NCBI RefSeq assembly: GCF_963506605.1
Contig: NC_083285.1
Coordinates: 30,132,001 to 30,196,000, forward strand
Reading direction: 5' to 3'
Source of the DNA: Zootoca vivipara
Lineage: Eukaryota
DNA: 64,000 bases
Shown: positions 53,901-64,000 of the stretch, piece by piece
Layout of the letters: each line of letters begins with the position of its first letter
Numbering within the stretch: the first letter of the stretch is position 1
Notes under the pieces: model-generated
Seen by the model: only the letters and a program-made list of their open reading frames with translations
Told to the model about the DNA's origin: nothing
The model's database searches: none
Position numbers and translations under genes: made by a program

Positions 53901-56900
53901 CCAGGAACAACAAGGCTTCCTACCCAAAAGGAAGATGTATAGTACTGTAATATAAGAACTCTACTGAACCTAATGGAGTATGCAGACTGGAACCCCAGTA
54001 AGAAAATAGCATTCATCTTTTTGGATGCCGAAAAGGCTTTCGACAACCTAGCTTGAAAAGAGCATTAAAGAAATTGGGGATAAAAGATTCATGGAGGGAG
54101 TAGACACAATTCATAGCAAACTATTAGCGAGATTGATTATCAATGGAAGGGTAACATAATTCGAAATATCGAAAGGAACGCGACAGGGGTGCCCGCTATC
54201 CCCACTGTTGTTTATATGGTCACTAGAGTTCTTGATAAGGGATATAAAATATGATAAAGATCTCAAAGGTATTGCGGTGGGTAAGAGTAATAACAAATTG
54301 AAGGGCTTTGCGGACGACATGATAATAATGATGGAAGACCCTACAGAGACATTAATTAAGTTGAAAAATAAATTAGCAATTTATGGAGAGGTAGCAGGAT
54401 TCAAAGTTAATAATAAGAAAACTAAAATAATGATTAAAAATATGAGAAAGGAAGAAATGGAGAAATTACAAAGGATTAGTGAATGGGAAGTGGTAAAAAA
54501 GTGAAATATTTAGGGATTATGATAACTAATAGCAATGTGGATTTATTCGACAATAATTATGCCAAAACATGGAAAAGTATCAAAGAGGTGTTGAAGACCA
54601 AACCAACTAAAAACAGGTAGGTAGCCGTGTTGGTCTGATATAGTCGAAACAAAATTAAAAAATTCCTTCCAGCAACACCTTAGTTGGTCCAAGATCAACT
54701 AAGGTGCTGCTGGAAGGAATATTATTATTTTGTTTAAACTGAAAACAGGCCTTTTCCAGCAACAAGGCCAAACATTACATTACCAAGTGGAGGTAGGTGC
54801 CTGCCGGGGGGGGGGGGGATGAGGGGCCGAATAGGGAGCAGGGATACGTAATGGGTCAGAACAGGGTGGGGGGAGACACAGGGATGAAACCTGCCCTCTC
54901 CACAGTATCTCGACTCAGGGGGTCTCTGAGGCTCCGGGGGAACTGAAGGGGGGCTATTACCCTCCATTTCACATATACTACGACTGAATGCAACCCTCTG
55001 CGTCTTTTTTTTTTAAACCATGCACTTTCTCTCCCCAGTTTAAGTCCTCAGATATCTGCAGTGCCCAATTCCCCCCCCCTCGATTTATTATCCCCTACCT
55101 TCCCCTTGCCACTTCCTGGGTTTTTTTTATGGAACTGAACAACTCGGGTGCTTCAGAACGCACCTTCTGTTGCCAGCCCCTTTGGATTCGGAGGCCCGCG
55201 CCAAGTGGCCCATATGACCCCCCCCCTCCTGTCTGGGCCTGTCTGTTGCTACGGGGCTTCACTATTTAACACCCCCCCCCCCGGTCGGGATTTTTAAAGT
55301 ATTTTTCTGGGTCCCAGGGCGCATCATCACCCCCGATCCTTAATCTAAATATATAGAAATGTTCACGATGCGTGCACAGGGGCCAATGTATGGAGATACA
55401 GGGGGGAGGGGACAACAGAGGGCTCAGACAAAAGTAAATACTGGGAAATGGAACCTAGAAGCTGACAGTTCCTTTTCCAAGGGTGGGGGCCAAGGTATGG
55501 AGATACAGAGGGGAGGGGGGTCAACACTCCCCAGGGACAACAGAAGGAAGGGTATCCTACCGAAACACAGGGATGAGCCGGGGTGGAGGGAGGAGGGGCA
55601 GGATATGTCATGGATCGGGACAGGGTGGGTGGGGATCACAGGGAAGAACCACAGCAACACGTGGCCAGGTCAGCTAGTATGTCTATAAATTAACATATTG
55701 ATCAGGTGTGTGTGCCTGTGTTAAGGGTGCGTTAGTCTGTGAAATGGAGGGTAATAGCCCCCCTTCAGATCCCCCTAAGCCTCAGAGTCCCCCTGAGTCG
55801 AGGCGAGATACTGTGGAGAGGGCAGGTTTCATCCCTGTGCCTTCCCCACCCTGTTCTGACCCATTACGTATCCCTGCTCCCTATTCGGGGGGCCCACCCC
55901 CCCAGGCAGGCCCCTACCTCCACTTGGCAATGTTCGGCCTTGTTGCTATAAAAGGCCTGTTTTCAGTTGAAACAAAATAAAAATATTCCTTCCAGCAGCA
56001 CTGGAAGGAATTTTTATATTTTGTTTCGACTACGTCAGACCAACACGGCTACCTACCTGTTTTCAGTTGGGTTGGTCTTCAACACCTCTGCCAGATAGAT
56101 GTATGTGAGTGGTGGATCTCGTGGTGGAGGCGGGGTTTGTGGGTTGCTGTGCGTTAGTCTGTCAAATGGACGGTAATAGGCCCCCTTCAGATCCCCCTGT
56201 TTTACAGGGTCTCGTGGCGGAGGCGGGGTTTGTGGGTGTGACGCGTTGTTGTGGCTAATCCCTGTGACTGCCCCCACGTGTCCCGATCCATGATCTATTC
56301 TGTTTGCCCCCCCCCCCCCCCCGTGACCAGTGTATCTCATGACGTTTTGAAGGATGGTATTTATTTTTGTCTTGTGATTATTTGGGGGGATTTGGGGGGG
56401 GTAGTGGTGCTAAATTTTAAAGTAAAAATCCCTTGCCGTACCCCCAAGTGCGTTGCTGTGGGTTATTCCTACATAAAACAAAGGCCATGCTGCGGCCTGT
56501 GATCCATGCGCTTGTCCTCTTCCCCCCCCCCCGGGCCTAGTGGGGGCCTGGCAGGGGGCTACATAAAACAAATGCCGTGCTGCGACCTGCGATCTGGGCA
56601 CTCGCCCTCTTCCCCCCCCCCCCCGGGCCTAGTAGGGGCCTAGCAGCCTGGCAGGGGCCTAGGGGTCTGATAATGGCCGCCTTGGTGGTTTCAGTTGCTT
56701 GGCTGATGATGCCATTTGGTTTGTGGGTGTGGTGTAGATTTCACAGGAAGGAGGAGGAGCTGAGGGAATAACGCCACTTGAGGGCGCTGTTTGACTTGGT
56801 GGAAAACCTGGTTTATACCTGCCTAGGTGTGCGATTTGAGGGATTTTCGTTTCCAACAACGCTCGGGGAGTGGCCTGGATCGTTGTGTCAAAATTTCAGG

Positions 56901-58387
56901 ACGATCGGTCAAGCAGTTACGGAGAAAAGTGGAACACGCACTTTCATGATTTTTACATTTTTATACATATAGATACAGTAGATTGCATTTTCATTTTTAG
57001 TTTTGTGCACTTTGTGTACTGAATACATAACGTTATGTAATATTTTGTTCTTTAGGGGCAACTACAAGGGAGTTCGTCCTTATAAAGAGGGAGCTCCATG
57101 TAGCAACTGCCCAATAGGAGACACTTGTCAAAATAAACTCTGCAGTAAGTATAGAATTGAATGATACGAACAGTCATGGAAAAGATGGTATCAACCATCA
57201 CATATATTAAAGTCATTTCTGGGTTTCATCTGTGAGTTCTAGTGGGGCATTCTAATGTGCTCAAGGCATTGGGTTCATGCAAGGCTAATGCTGTCTTTGA
57301 AGTTCTGTCTGATTGAACAGCAGCTATCAGGACATAAGTGAGTGAGCAAAAAAGACCCTATGTTATAAATTTTGCCTGTCTTCTCTAGGAACATTATTTC
57401 TATTGCATTTTAAAGTCCTGGATAAGATGGACTAGCAATTTTATCATGTATTAATTTAATACAATGCCTTTTTTGGCCGCACTTGCATTTGTTTTGTTGA
57501 ATTCTTCCGTTATAAAATGCATCTAAAAACTGAAATTTCCTACCACCCTGAATAAACTTCTTTACTTTATCCTGTGTAGGTAAATACCTGCCATTCACTC
57601 CTAATCATTTCATTACAGAATGTTTTCATGACAGAGTAAGGTACAGGCACTGAAGCAGAGTATACCATTCCCATGGGAATCAGGTGCATGCAGAGGAAGA
57701 TTTAACAAAGTCATAGTAGGAACTAACATATAGCAAGACATGTGAGTCCTTTCCATGGGAGGTGGGCAGCAGGTCAGTCCAGATATGTAGTGCTGAGGAA
57801 AGGAGATCAGAGCAAAGTTAGTCTCTCCTTGTGTGGGACCAGTTGTCCTTTACCAATTGCAGCCTCTAGTCATGGGTCCTTGGCAGTGATAGTGCTTCTC
57901 CAGGACTAGAGACAGGGCCCATACTCCTGCCATTTGGGGTCCTAAGCAGTCACAGGTCAAAGCCAACACTATAATTTGAGCTTCGAAACGTAAGGTAGCC
58001 AATGTCAGAATCAGTGTTATATGACTGGTTTGCCTTAGGCCTACCGTAGCATTGCAGTTTTCATATTTTAAAGCCTTTCTTCATTTGTTATAACTATTCT
58101 CTCTTCCAGGAAATCCTGAACGTGAGAAAGAAAACAGCCGACGTATGTATTATATTTTTGTATTATAGTTTAAACTTACTTCAAGAACAAAACTCACATT
58201 TCATAAAAATCCTTTTATCTTTTTTAAAATAGGCTATTCACGATGGTATCCACCCTTTGAATTCCGGATTATATGTGATGAATCCTGCATTGCAGTTGCA
58301 ATTTTAAGACCATTATTAATGTTTCTAGCTTTTGCGGGTGTTTATTACTTAAAACTCCGTTATCCAGGTTTAGGTTTTAAAGCATAA
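47675..58387 (+). CDS. GLIPR1-like CAP domain protein, copy C, 270 aa
   Basis: Exons 47675-47845, 50145-50390, 52508-52626, 57056-57144, 58110-58142, 58233-58387 (813 nt, open). GENIW, FYNEV, CGHYTQVVWA, FVCNYAPPGN, Cys hinge, TM; AATAAA at 58764. Confidence 0.92.
49605..49928. mobile_element. BovB (RTE) 3'-end insertion with fold-back inverted duplication
   Basis: GGGGTCACGAAGAGTCGGACACGACT..(CAA)n tail; perfect 149-bp arms 49605-49753 and 49770-49918; direct repeat AGCCTGATACAACAT at 49626-49640 and 49914-49928. Confidence 0.85.
50641..50733 (-). mobile_element. BovB 3'-end fragment
   Basis: (GTT)n tail plus TAGTCGTGTCCGACTCTTCGTGACCCC; a similar plus-strand fragment lies at 13343-13402. 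Confidence 0.8.
51042..51245. mobile_element. Penelope-like terminal fragment in inverted (fold-back) arrangement
   Basis: 72-bp inverted arms 51086-51157 and 51173-51244 with one mismatch; hammerhead motif on minus 51135-51172 and its 3' half on plus 51173-51195. Confidence 0.75.
51603..51811. mobile_element. Tigger/pogo-type MITE
   Basis: TA TSD; TIR CAGTGATACCTTGGTTT / AAACCAAGGTACCACTG. Confidence 0.82.
52222..52330 (+). mobile_element. Old tRNA-derived SINE (Squam3-like)
   Basis: GTTCAATGGTAGAGCACTTGCTTTGCATGCAGAAGGTCTCAGGTTCAGTCCCCAGCATCTCCA resembles tRNA-Ala with A and B boxes, followed by a SINE body. Confidence 0.6.
52770..54584 (+). mobile_element. Decayed L1-clade LINE ORF2 fragment (endonuclease end plus RT)
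   Basis: DVWR, SRIDIIW, ITDHNP, KSPGTDG, NYRPISLLNIDYK, LDAEKAFD, GTRQGCPLSP, FADD, broken by stops and frameshifts. Confidence 0.9.
54585..56088. repeat. Long imperfect inverted repeat (arms about 54585-54973 and 55738-56088)
   Basis: GAGGTGTTGAAGACCAA..CCCTCCATTTCACA pairs with TGTGAAATGGAGGG..TTGGTCTTCAACACCTC; each arm contains a small Penelope-type palindrome. Confidence 0.85.
55344..55677 (+). mobile_element. 334-bp non-autonomous Helitron-like element
   Basis: Begins TC(TAAATATATAG) after an A; ends CTAG before a T; CCAC-AGCAACAC-GTGG hairpin at 55649-55664, 9 nt before the CTAG. Confidence 0.7.
56089..56973 (-). mobile_element. Helitron-like element, 5' end at 56973, left extent uncertain
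   Basis: Minus strand starts A|TCTATATGTATAAAAATG..AACTGCTTGACCGATCGTCCTGAAATTTTGACAC; host intron homology to copy B resumes at 56975; degenerate 3'-hairpin motifs CCACAGCAACGC (about 56450-56462) and CCACAACAACGCGT (about 56241-56254). Confidence 0.6.
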
Positions 58388-58981
58388 TTTTTGATAGGCA
58401 TATATAATTTGAATATCAGAGGTAACGAACAATAATATTTATAAGAATACTGTATTGTTTTCCTGCATTTTATATTTTAAAAGTAGATTTGGTTTGTTTC
58501 TAAAATACTTCAAATTTTCTGAACTTGTAAAAGGTTACTTGTTGCATATTAATGAGTTGTAAATACTTTTAAAACTAGAATACATTAGTGTAAGTAGAAT
58601 ATATGGGGTGGTGTTCAACTGTTTTACTCAGAGTAGACTCATTTAAATTAATGAACATGATTAAGTTGTAGTTTCATTACTTTTAATGGATTTACTCTGA
58701 GTAAAACTTAGCTGAATACTATCCATGGCCATATCTAGTACTGCATGTTCAACATTAAGTGAAAATAAAGGCTAAGCATTATTTAAAGAAGTTTATTTAT
58801 TTATTGTATTATTTTGCATGATTAACAGAATGCAATGAATGAATACTGATATGATACAATGTCACAAAGTGGTCCATCTGGCTTCACATGTTCTATATAA
58901 AGTTTTCCCCAACTTTTTACATTCTTTTCCTGTGAGCACTTTTCACTGCACTGTCCCGTGTCATTCATTTATTTATCACAA

Positions 58982-59044
58982 AGGTTAGGTGATTAAAGTT
59001 GATTTGCTGGAAAGACTATCAAATCAACTTTAATCACCTAACCT
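58982..59044. repeat. Perfect 25-bp hairpin with 13-nt loop
   Basis: AGGTTAGGTGATTAAAGTTGATTTG-ctggaaagactat-CAAATCAACTTTAATCACCTAACCT. Confidence 0.9.
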
Positions 59045-60395
59045 GAATTTTCTGGTATGTACCCCACTCAAAAATAGCAAGTCTAAAAGAGCCCTTCATT
59101 TCTCTCTTTATGAGGTTTAGTGTGTGTGATTAGCCTAAGATTAGCCATCTATATGGCAGAGAATCATCCACAGTTTTTAAATGAATACCAGCCTTAAATC
59201 CTATTCTATGTCTGGGGAAAATTAAGGCTTCAGAGACATTACAACCTGCTCATGTATCAGGAAACTGTGCATATGACTATATCCTTTCTATGAACCCATC
59301 TTACAACTACAGTCAGAAAATGAGCCTGTGTTCATGTGTTTACTCAGATGTGAGTTGTGCTAACTTAATCAAGATTTACTCTCAAGTAATTGTATATAAA
59401 CTGCAGCTTTACAGAGCAAGCCTTACTAGGTAGATTTGCTAGTGTATCTCCTGTGTATGTTCAGCTGTGTCCTAACTGCTTCTGACCAGAATGTATGTGG
59501 CCAGGGAGGCAAGGTGAACTTTCATCTTCTACCCTTCTATTTACTCCTGTAGTGAATTTAGTTATACCTGGTGGTGTATTTTATATCAAGCTCTGTAGAT
59601 GAGACCAGTGAACGCAGGGAGTTAGGAAACAGCGTAACTTTGTTTGGCCCTCTCCCTGACTTGGCATAACCACTCCCCACCCTTGATATGGCCCTTTTTT
59701 GCCATCTACACCAATGTAACTTACACTGGCTTAATTTACACCAACTGGGCTTTCCCCAGTCAGTGTAAGAAGATACTCTGCGGCCATCTCAAATGGTGTA
59801 TCTGGGGGCTGGGATTGCACTGTAAGCAAAGTGAACACTCAGTGAATATTCAAAGGGGAATTGTGGAATTGTGCTAAAAAGAAAAAGACAGCAGAGTGGT
59901 GTCATTGTTAATAGGAATGTCTCCCCTCCACCTGCCTGCCACTGTCCCTCTGTCGCTATCTGCCTGGTACATCAGGGGAACTTACCATAGCTGCCAAGTC
60001 TCCCGTTTTTCGCGGGAAAGCCCCGTTTTCAAAGCCATTTCCCGCTGGCAGCCCGGATCGAACAAAATCCCATAAATCACCCGGATTTACGTTGCGCGTT
60101 GCTCCAGGCCTCTAGGGGGCACCCCAGCGAGTCCTGCCAGCTCCATGCAAAGTGGCTCCCCCGCCCCCTCCCTCCCTGCCGACTCTCCTGCAAGGCAGCG
60201 GCTCCAGTCAGGACTCAGGAGCAGCAGCCTTGCCAAAGCTGTTCCTCTCCCTTCGGCTCCTTCACTGTCTCGCAGCCCCGGTCCCCCCTTAGCTGATTCT
60301 CCGGCATCCGCTTGCAGCTCGCTCCTTTCCCGGCGGGGAAAGAGGCAGTTCCCTACCTGCGGCTGCAAGCGGTGGGGGTCAGACGCCTGTGTGGC

Positions 60396-60447
60396 GCTTT
60401 GCTTTGCTTTGCTTTGCTTTGCTTTGCTTTGCTTTGCTTTGCTTTGC
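60396..60447. repeat. (GCTTT)n microsatellite
   Basis: Direct reading. Confidence 0.95.
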
Positions 60448-60711
60448 CTCCCCCCCCTCTCAGCCAAAAGGGAAAGGGGGATGGGGAGAGAGAAGGCAGC
60501 ATTTGCATTAATTAAGCTATGCAGTTCGCTGCATACCGGTAGACACTGATACAAAGGAATCCTCGCTTTACACAGCCTGATCCTGGCTGGACCCCCGCCC
60601 CCTTTCTGACAAGGGATGAGGTCAGTCTCCGTCCTGCAACTTTGGGAAAGAGCTTGCAGGAGGACGCGCTTCCCTTACAGGCATGGGCGCTCTCTCTCTC
60701 GCTCTCGCTGC

Positions 60712-60749
<38 letters not shown>

Positions 60750-61635
60750 CACCTCCCCGGCGGCTGGCCGGCAATGCTCCTGCGTCTGGATCCCGTTTAA
60801 GAGGCTGCAACCCCCCTCCCTCCCTCCCAATAGTACAAAATGCTGGGCATGTACGTGCAGGACAGGGTTGCCTTGAAGTCATCTAACATTCAAGACGGGC
60901 TGGGCTCTTTATGGCCCAGAGAGTAAAAAAGGTGAGTGATCCTTGCTGTTGCCCATTAAGGTGAGGGATCGATAGGACGGGTGGGGAGGAGCTCTGCCAG
61001 GCTTTTCCTGCAAGCTCTCCCCCTTCCTCTTCCTCTCTCTTTCTTTTGTTTTATTCCCCAGGAGCATTTAAATCCTAACCCCCTCTTCCTCTTGTGACAC
61101 TCTAGTTCACTTCCATCTGGCAAATTGTGAAAATTATTACGATAAATGGCCTCAAAAGTTTTGTTTTTTAATATATCTTTTTAGCAGCACCTCCTCCTGT
61201 GCCCAGCCACATAAAAGGAGCTGTGAGCTCAAATCCAATTTGCACCCCAAGTACAATAGATTTGCCTGGGGGCAGGGATTCAATTTGCATCTTGCAAATC
61301 CGTGACATTCCTTGGTTTCAAATAAACAAAAGGTGCCTTTTGCAAGCCACTCTCTTGAGCTGGTTTAGGTAGCCAAAGCTTGCCAAATTATAGCAAACTG
61401 TTATTGTCCTTTCTTACTGTAATTGCCTCTCTGTTCCTGGTTTATGCTTTCTGGGCTGTAGCTCAGTATAGCCATAGCTGCCCTGCATTGCCTCAGGTTC
61501 AGTTGCAGGCATGCCCAGGTAGAGTCAGAAACTCTGGAAAGCTGCTGCCAGTCAGTGGACAATACTCAACAAGATTGTCTTATATAGTTGTCTCTTGAGA
61601 GCATACCTATTGCCATGGCAGAGAATCACATTATT

Positions 61636-61637
<2 letters not shown>

Positions 61638-61666
<29 letters not shown>
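61638..61666. repeat. (GT)n microsatellite
   Basis: Direct reading. Confidence 0.95.
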
Positions 61667-61668
<2 letters not shown>

Positions 61669-63239
61669 CCAATATGATCCATGGATTGGAGCAATTCCCC
61701 TATGAGGAAATGTTCCAAAATCTGGGGCATTTTAACTTTTAGAAAAAAGGCAAGTAATTGTGGGTGGGAATGAAGAGATTTTTTTTCCCCTTCTCATAAT
61801 ACTAGAACCAGGGAATATCCAATAAAGTGGATGTGAAATTCAATCTATTTTAGTATTTTAACTTTTTGTACGTTTTAAGTTTTGAGATCCCCCCCCTTAA
61901 TTTTATTGTTTTATCCGTTTGTAAACTGCTTTGAGGTTGTTGTTGCTGTTGTTATTTTACAATCGATTGTAGTAAATAAAAATAAAATAAACCTGAAGGC
62001 TAGAGGGTGGTTTTGCAGGGCACATACCAAACTTTCTGTGGGATGCCCCCCCCCCCCCGGAGCCCTTTCCAATGACTGCCACAGAGAAGCCCGTTTATTT
62101 ATTTCTTGGAGTATTTTAATCATAGTATCACAGAACTGGACGGTTGGAAGGGACCCCCAAGGGTCCTCTAGACCAACCCCCTCCAGTGCAGGAATCACAG
62201 CACAAGCATCTCCCTGAAGCATCACTGTATTAGTGCATTTGGCATCCTTTTTTTGCAAGCATTTATTTCCTGCATCTGAGCCAGTGCCGCTCCGCCCATG
62301 TCTGGGCACCGGAAATTGGGCAGCGCCAGCATCGAAAGTCACTTCTACGCATGTCTGGACATGCATAGAAGTGACTTCCGGTGTCGCGCCGCTGCGATCC
62401 CTTATTTTTCTACCTGGAACTTGGCAGCTATGGAACTTACACAATAAAAAAGCCAAGCCTATCTGGACAAGAGATAATATTAACTAACATGTATCTTACA
62501 GTTCCCAGTTCCCATCTGTGCTCTGGTGCCTAATTGCAGAAAGAACTACAGTACAGTACTATCTTCCAATGCCCCAATCCCAGGAGGAGGCCATTTCCTC
62601 CTTCAGTGTAACAAATTCCCTCCTCAAATCAGTCTCTGGTGCCAGTAAGCCAGTAACATTCCTGTGTTGTTCTCTCTTGGTGGGCTTCATTGCTATTGCT
62701 GAACTCATCTCCTTCTCTCCCCTTCCTAATGGCGTTTTGAAATGGCCCAGTGGAGGCGATGGGAAGCAACAGCAGCAGCACCATTGCTTCTGCTATCGAC
62801 TTCAGTTTCTTGAGTGCTCTGCCCGTCGCTTTCAGTGCCTCCAGGGCTGACCATGAGGTCTCAAAGGCAACGCGCCGGATAGAGGGAACACCACCATGGG
62901 TTTAGATCCGGCTGCACCACTGTTCAGGCTGTGAGTCACAGGACACTTGGAACGACCACCATCTTACTCCGGAAGAGTAAACTCGGTTAGAACGGCAGTG
63001 CACGGCAGCGATGAGTTGGAGGCAATTCTAGGAGAAATTCCCCTTGAATTCAACAGAGCTGCAGACACGCGCGCACAGCATCAGACCAACACGCGTGAAG
63101 AGCGGGGCAGGCAAGGGCTTGATTTGAGCCAAAGCTCGCGAGATATAAACCCTGGAAGCTGAAGAACAACAAAAGATCAGAGAATAGAGTAAGGCTAAAA
63201 TCCTGTACTGTACACGCCTGGTTAGAAATAAGCAATGGG

Positions 63240-63760
63240 ATCGATTTCGGATGAAGCGTGCCGCAAGACCTCGGCCTCGAGCGCCGACCGTTGAAGGAGA
63301 ACAGCCGGCGCCGCGCATGCGCGCCCGTCCGCCCGTCCCGCGCTTCCGACGTGCGAGGGCGCTGCTGCTGCCGCCATGCCGAGGCTGTGGTCGTGGGTGC
63401 TGCTTGGGCTCGTCGCCCTCGAAGGCGCGCGCGGGAGGAAAACGTTTCGGCCGCTGGCTTACCCCAGAATTACCAGCAAGACCTTTATCGGTCAGTACGT
63501 CGACATCCACAATAGGCTTCGCTCCCAAGTGCAGCCCCCGGCCGCCGACATGCTTCACATGGTGTGTGTGCCCGGAATACGGCCGGCAGAATCGCAGGAA
63601 GGGGGCGGGCGGGGAGGGGGAAGGCGCTCGAAGGGGAGCTCGCCTCTCGCTCCGCCGCCTTTTCCTCAGGTGCGGAAGGAGGGAGGGCGAGGCAAGCGCT
63701 GCAGCGCTTAGCCCACCCTTTTTAAAACGCGAAGGTCAAAAGGGTGTGTGGCCCAAGTCT
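63240..63760 (+). promoter_or_regulatory. CpG island of GLIPR1-like copy D with NRF1 motif
   Basis: CpG-dense; perfect GCGCATGCGC at 63313-63322, about 55 bp upstream of the ATG. Confidence 0.65.
63376..63561 (+). CDS. GLIPR1-like CAP domain protein, copy D, exon 1 only (gene continues beyond the window)
   Basis: gccgccATG; MPRLWSWVLLGLVALEGARG...DIHNRLRSQVQPPAADMLHM followed by the same phase-0 GTGTGT donor as copies A-C. Confidence 0.88.
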
Positions 63761-64000
63761 GCTCTTGGTGGGCTTTTTTCCGTTTGAACCCAGCGACGTA
63801 CCTTCTGAAGCGGCTACTGTGCCTAATTGCGGATTTCGGTATTTCTCTGCGGGTATGTTTTAACTACAGTACAGTAGGAAGGTACTGGCGTGCTTAGGCC
63901 CTCGAATTTCTTGAGAGCGAGCTGTGAGGTAACTCGAGGGCCGCAGCCTTCTGTGTTTGTATGTATTTGAATTTTCTAGGGCTTACTCCTGGCACTGAAA

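Larger units (their letters stand above)
59986..62432. mobile_element. 2447-bp non-autonomous hAT-type element with heterogeneous interior
   Basis: Same TIR as the 2011-2101 MITE (CATAGCTGCCAAGT / ACTTGGCAGCTATG); perfect 8-bp TSD GAACTTAC at 59978-59985 and 62433-62440; no transposase ORF inside. Confidence 0.88.

Overview
Vertebrate genomic DNA from a squamate, most likely a lacertid lizard (inferred from Sauria SINEs, BovB, CR1 with an (ATTCTATG)n tail and Penelope-like fragments). I reconstructed genes by hand from GT-AG splice sites and phase continuity. From left to right: the 5' two-thirds of CAPS2 (minus strand, 12 coding exons, runs off the left edge) with its CpG-island promoter; a complete 6-exon, 305-aa RIC3/CCDC107-family gene (minus strand); then, head-to-head with it, a tandem array of at least four GLIPR1-like CAP-domain genes (plus strand; three complete, plus exon 1 of a fourth). 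A relic of the RIC3-like exon 2 upstream of the second copy marks the duplication unit, and the first copy has degenerate CAP signature motifs. The non-coding DNA holds a young 5'-truncated CR1 with an open 796-aa ORF, an inverted CR1 partner flanking a 669-nt in-frame exon block, Penelope-type fragments with minimal hammerhead ribozyme motifs, a fold-back BovB insertion, a nested Helitron/inverted-repeat complex next to an L1 relic, a 2.45-kb cargo-carrying non-autonomous hAT element, many MITEs and SINEs, a truncated 5S rRNA copy and one assembly gap. Gene and repeat family names come from recalled sequence similarity, not from database searches.
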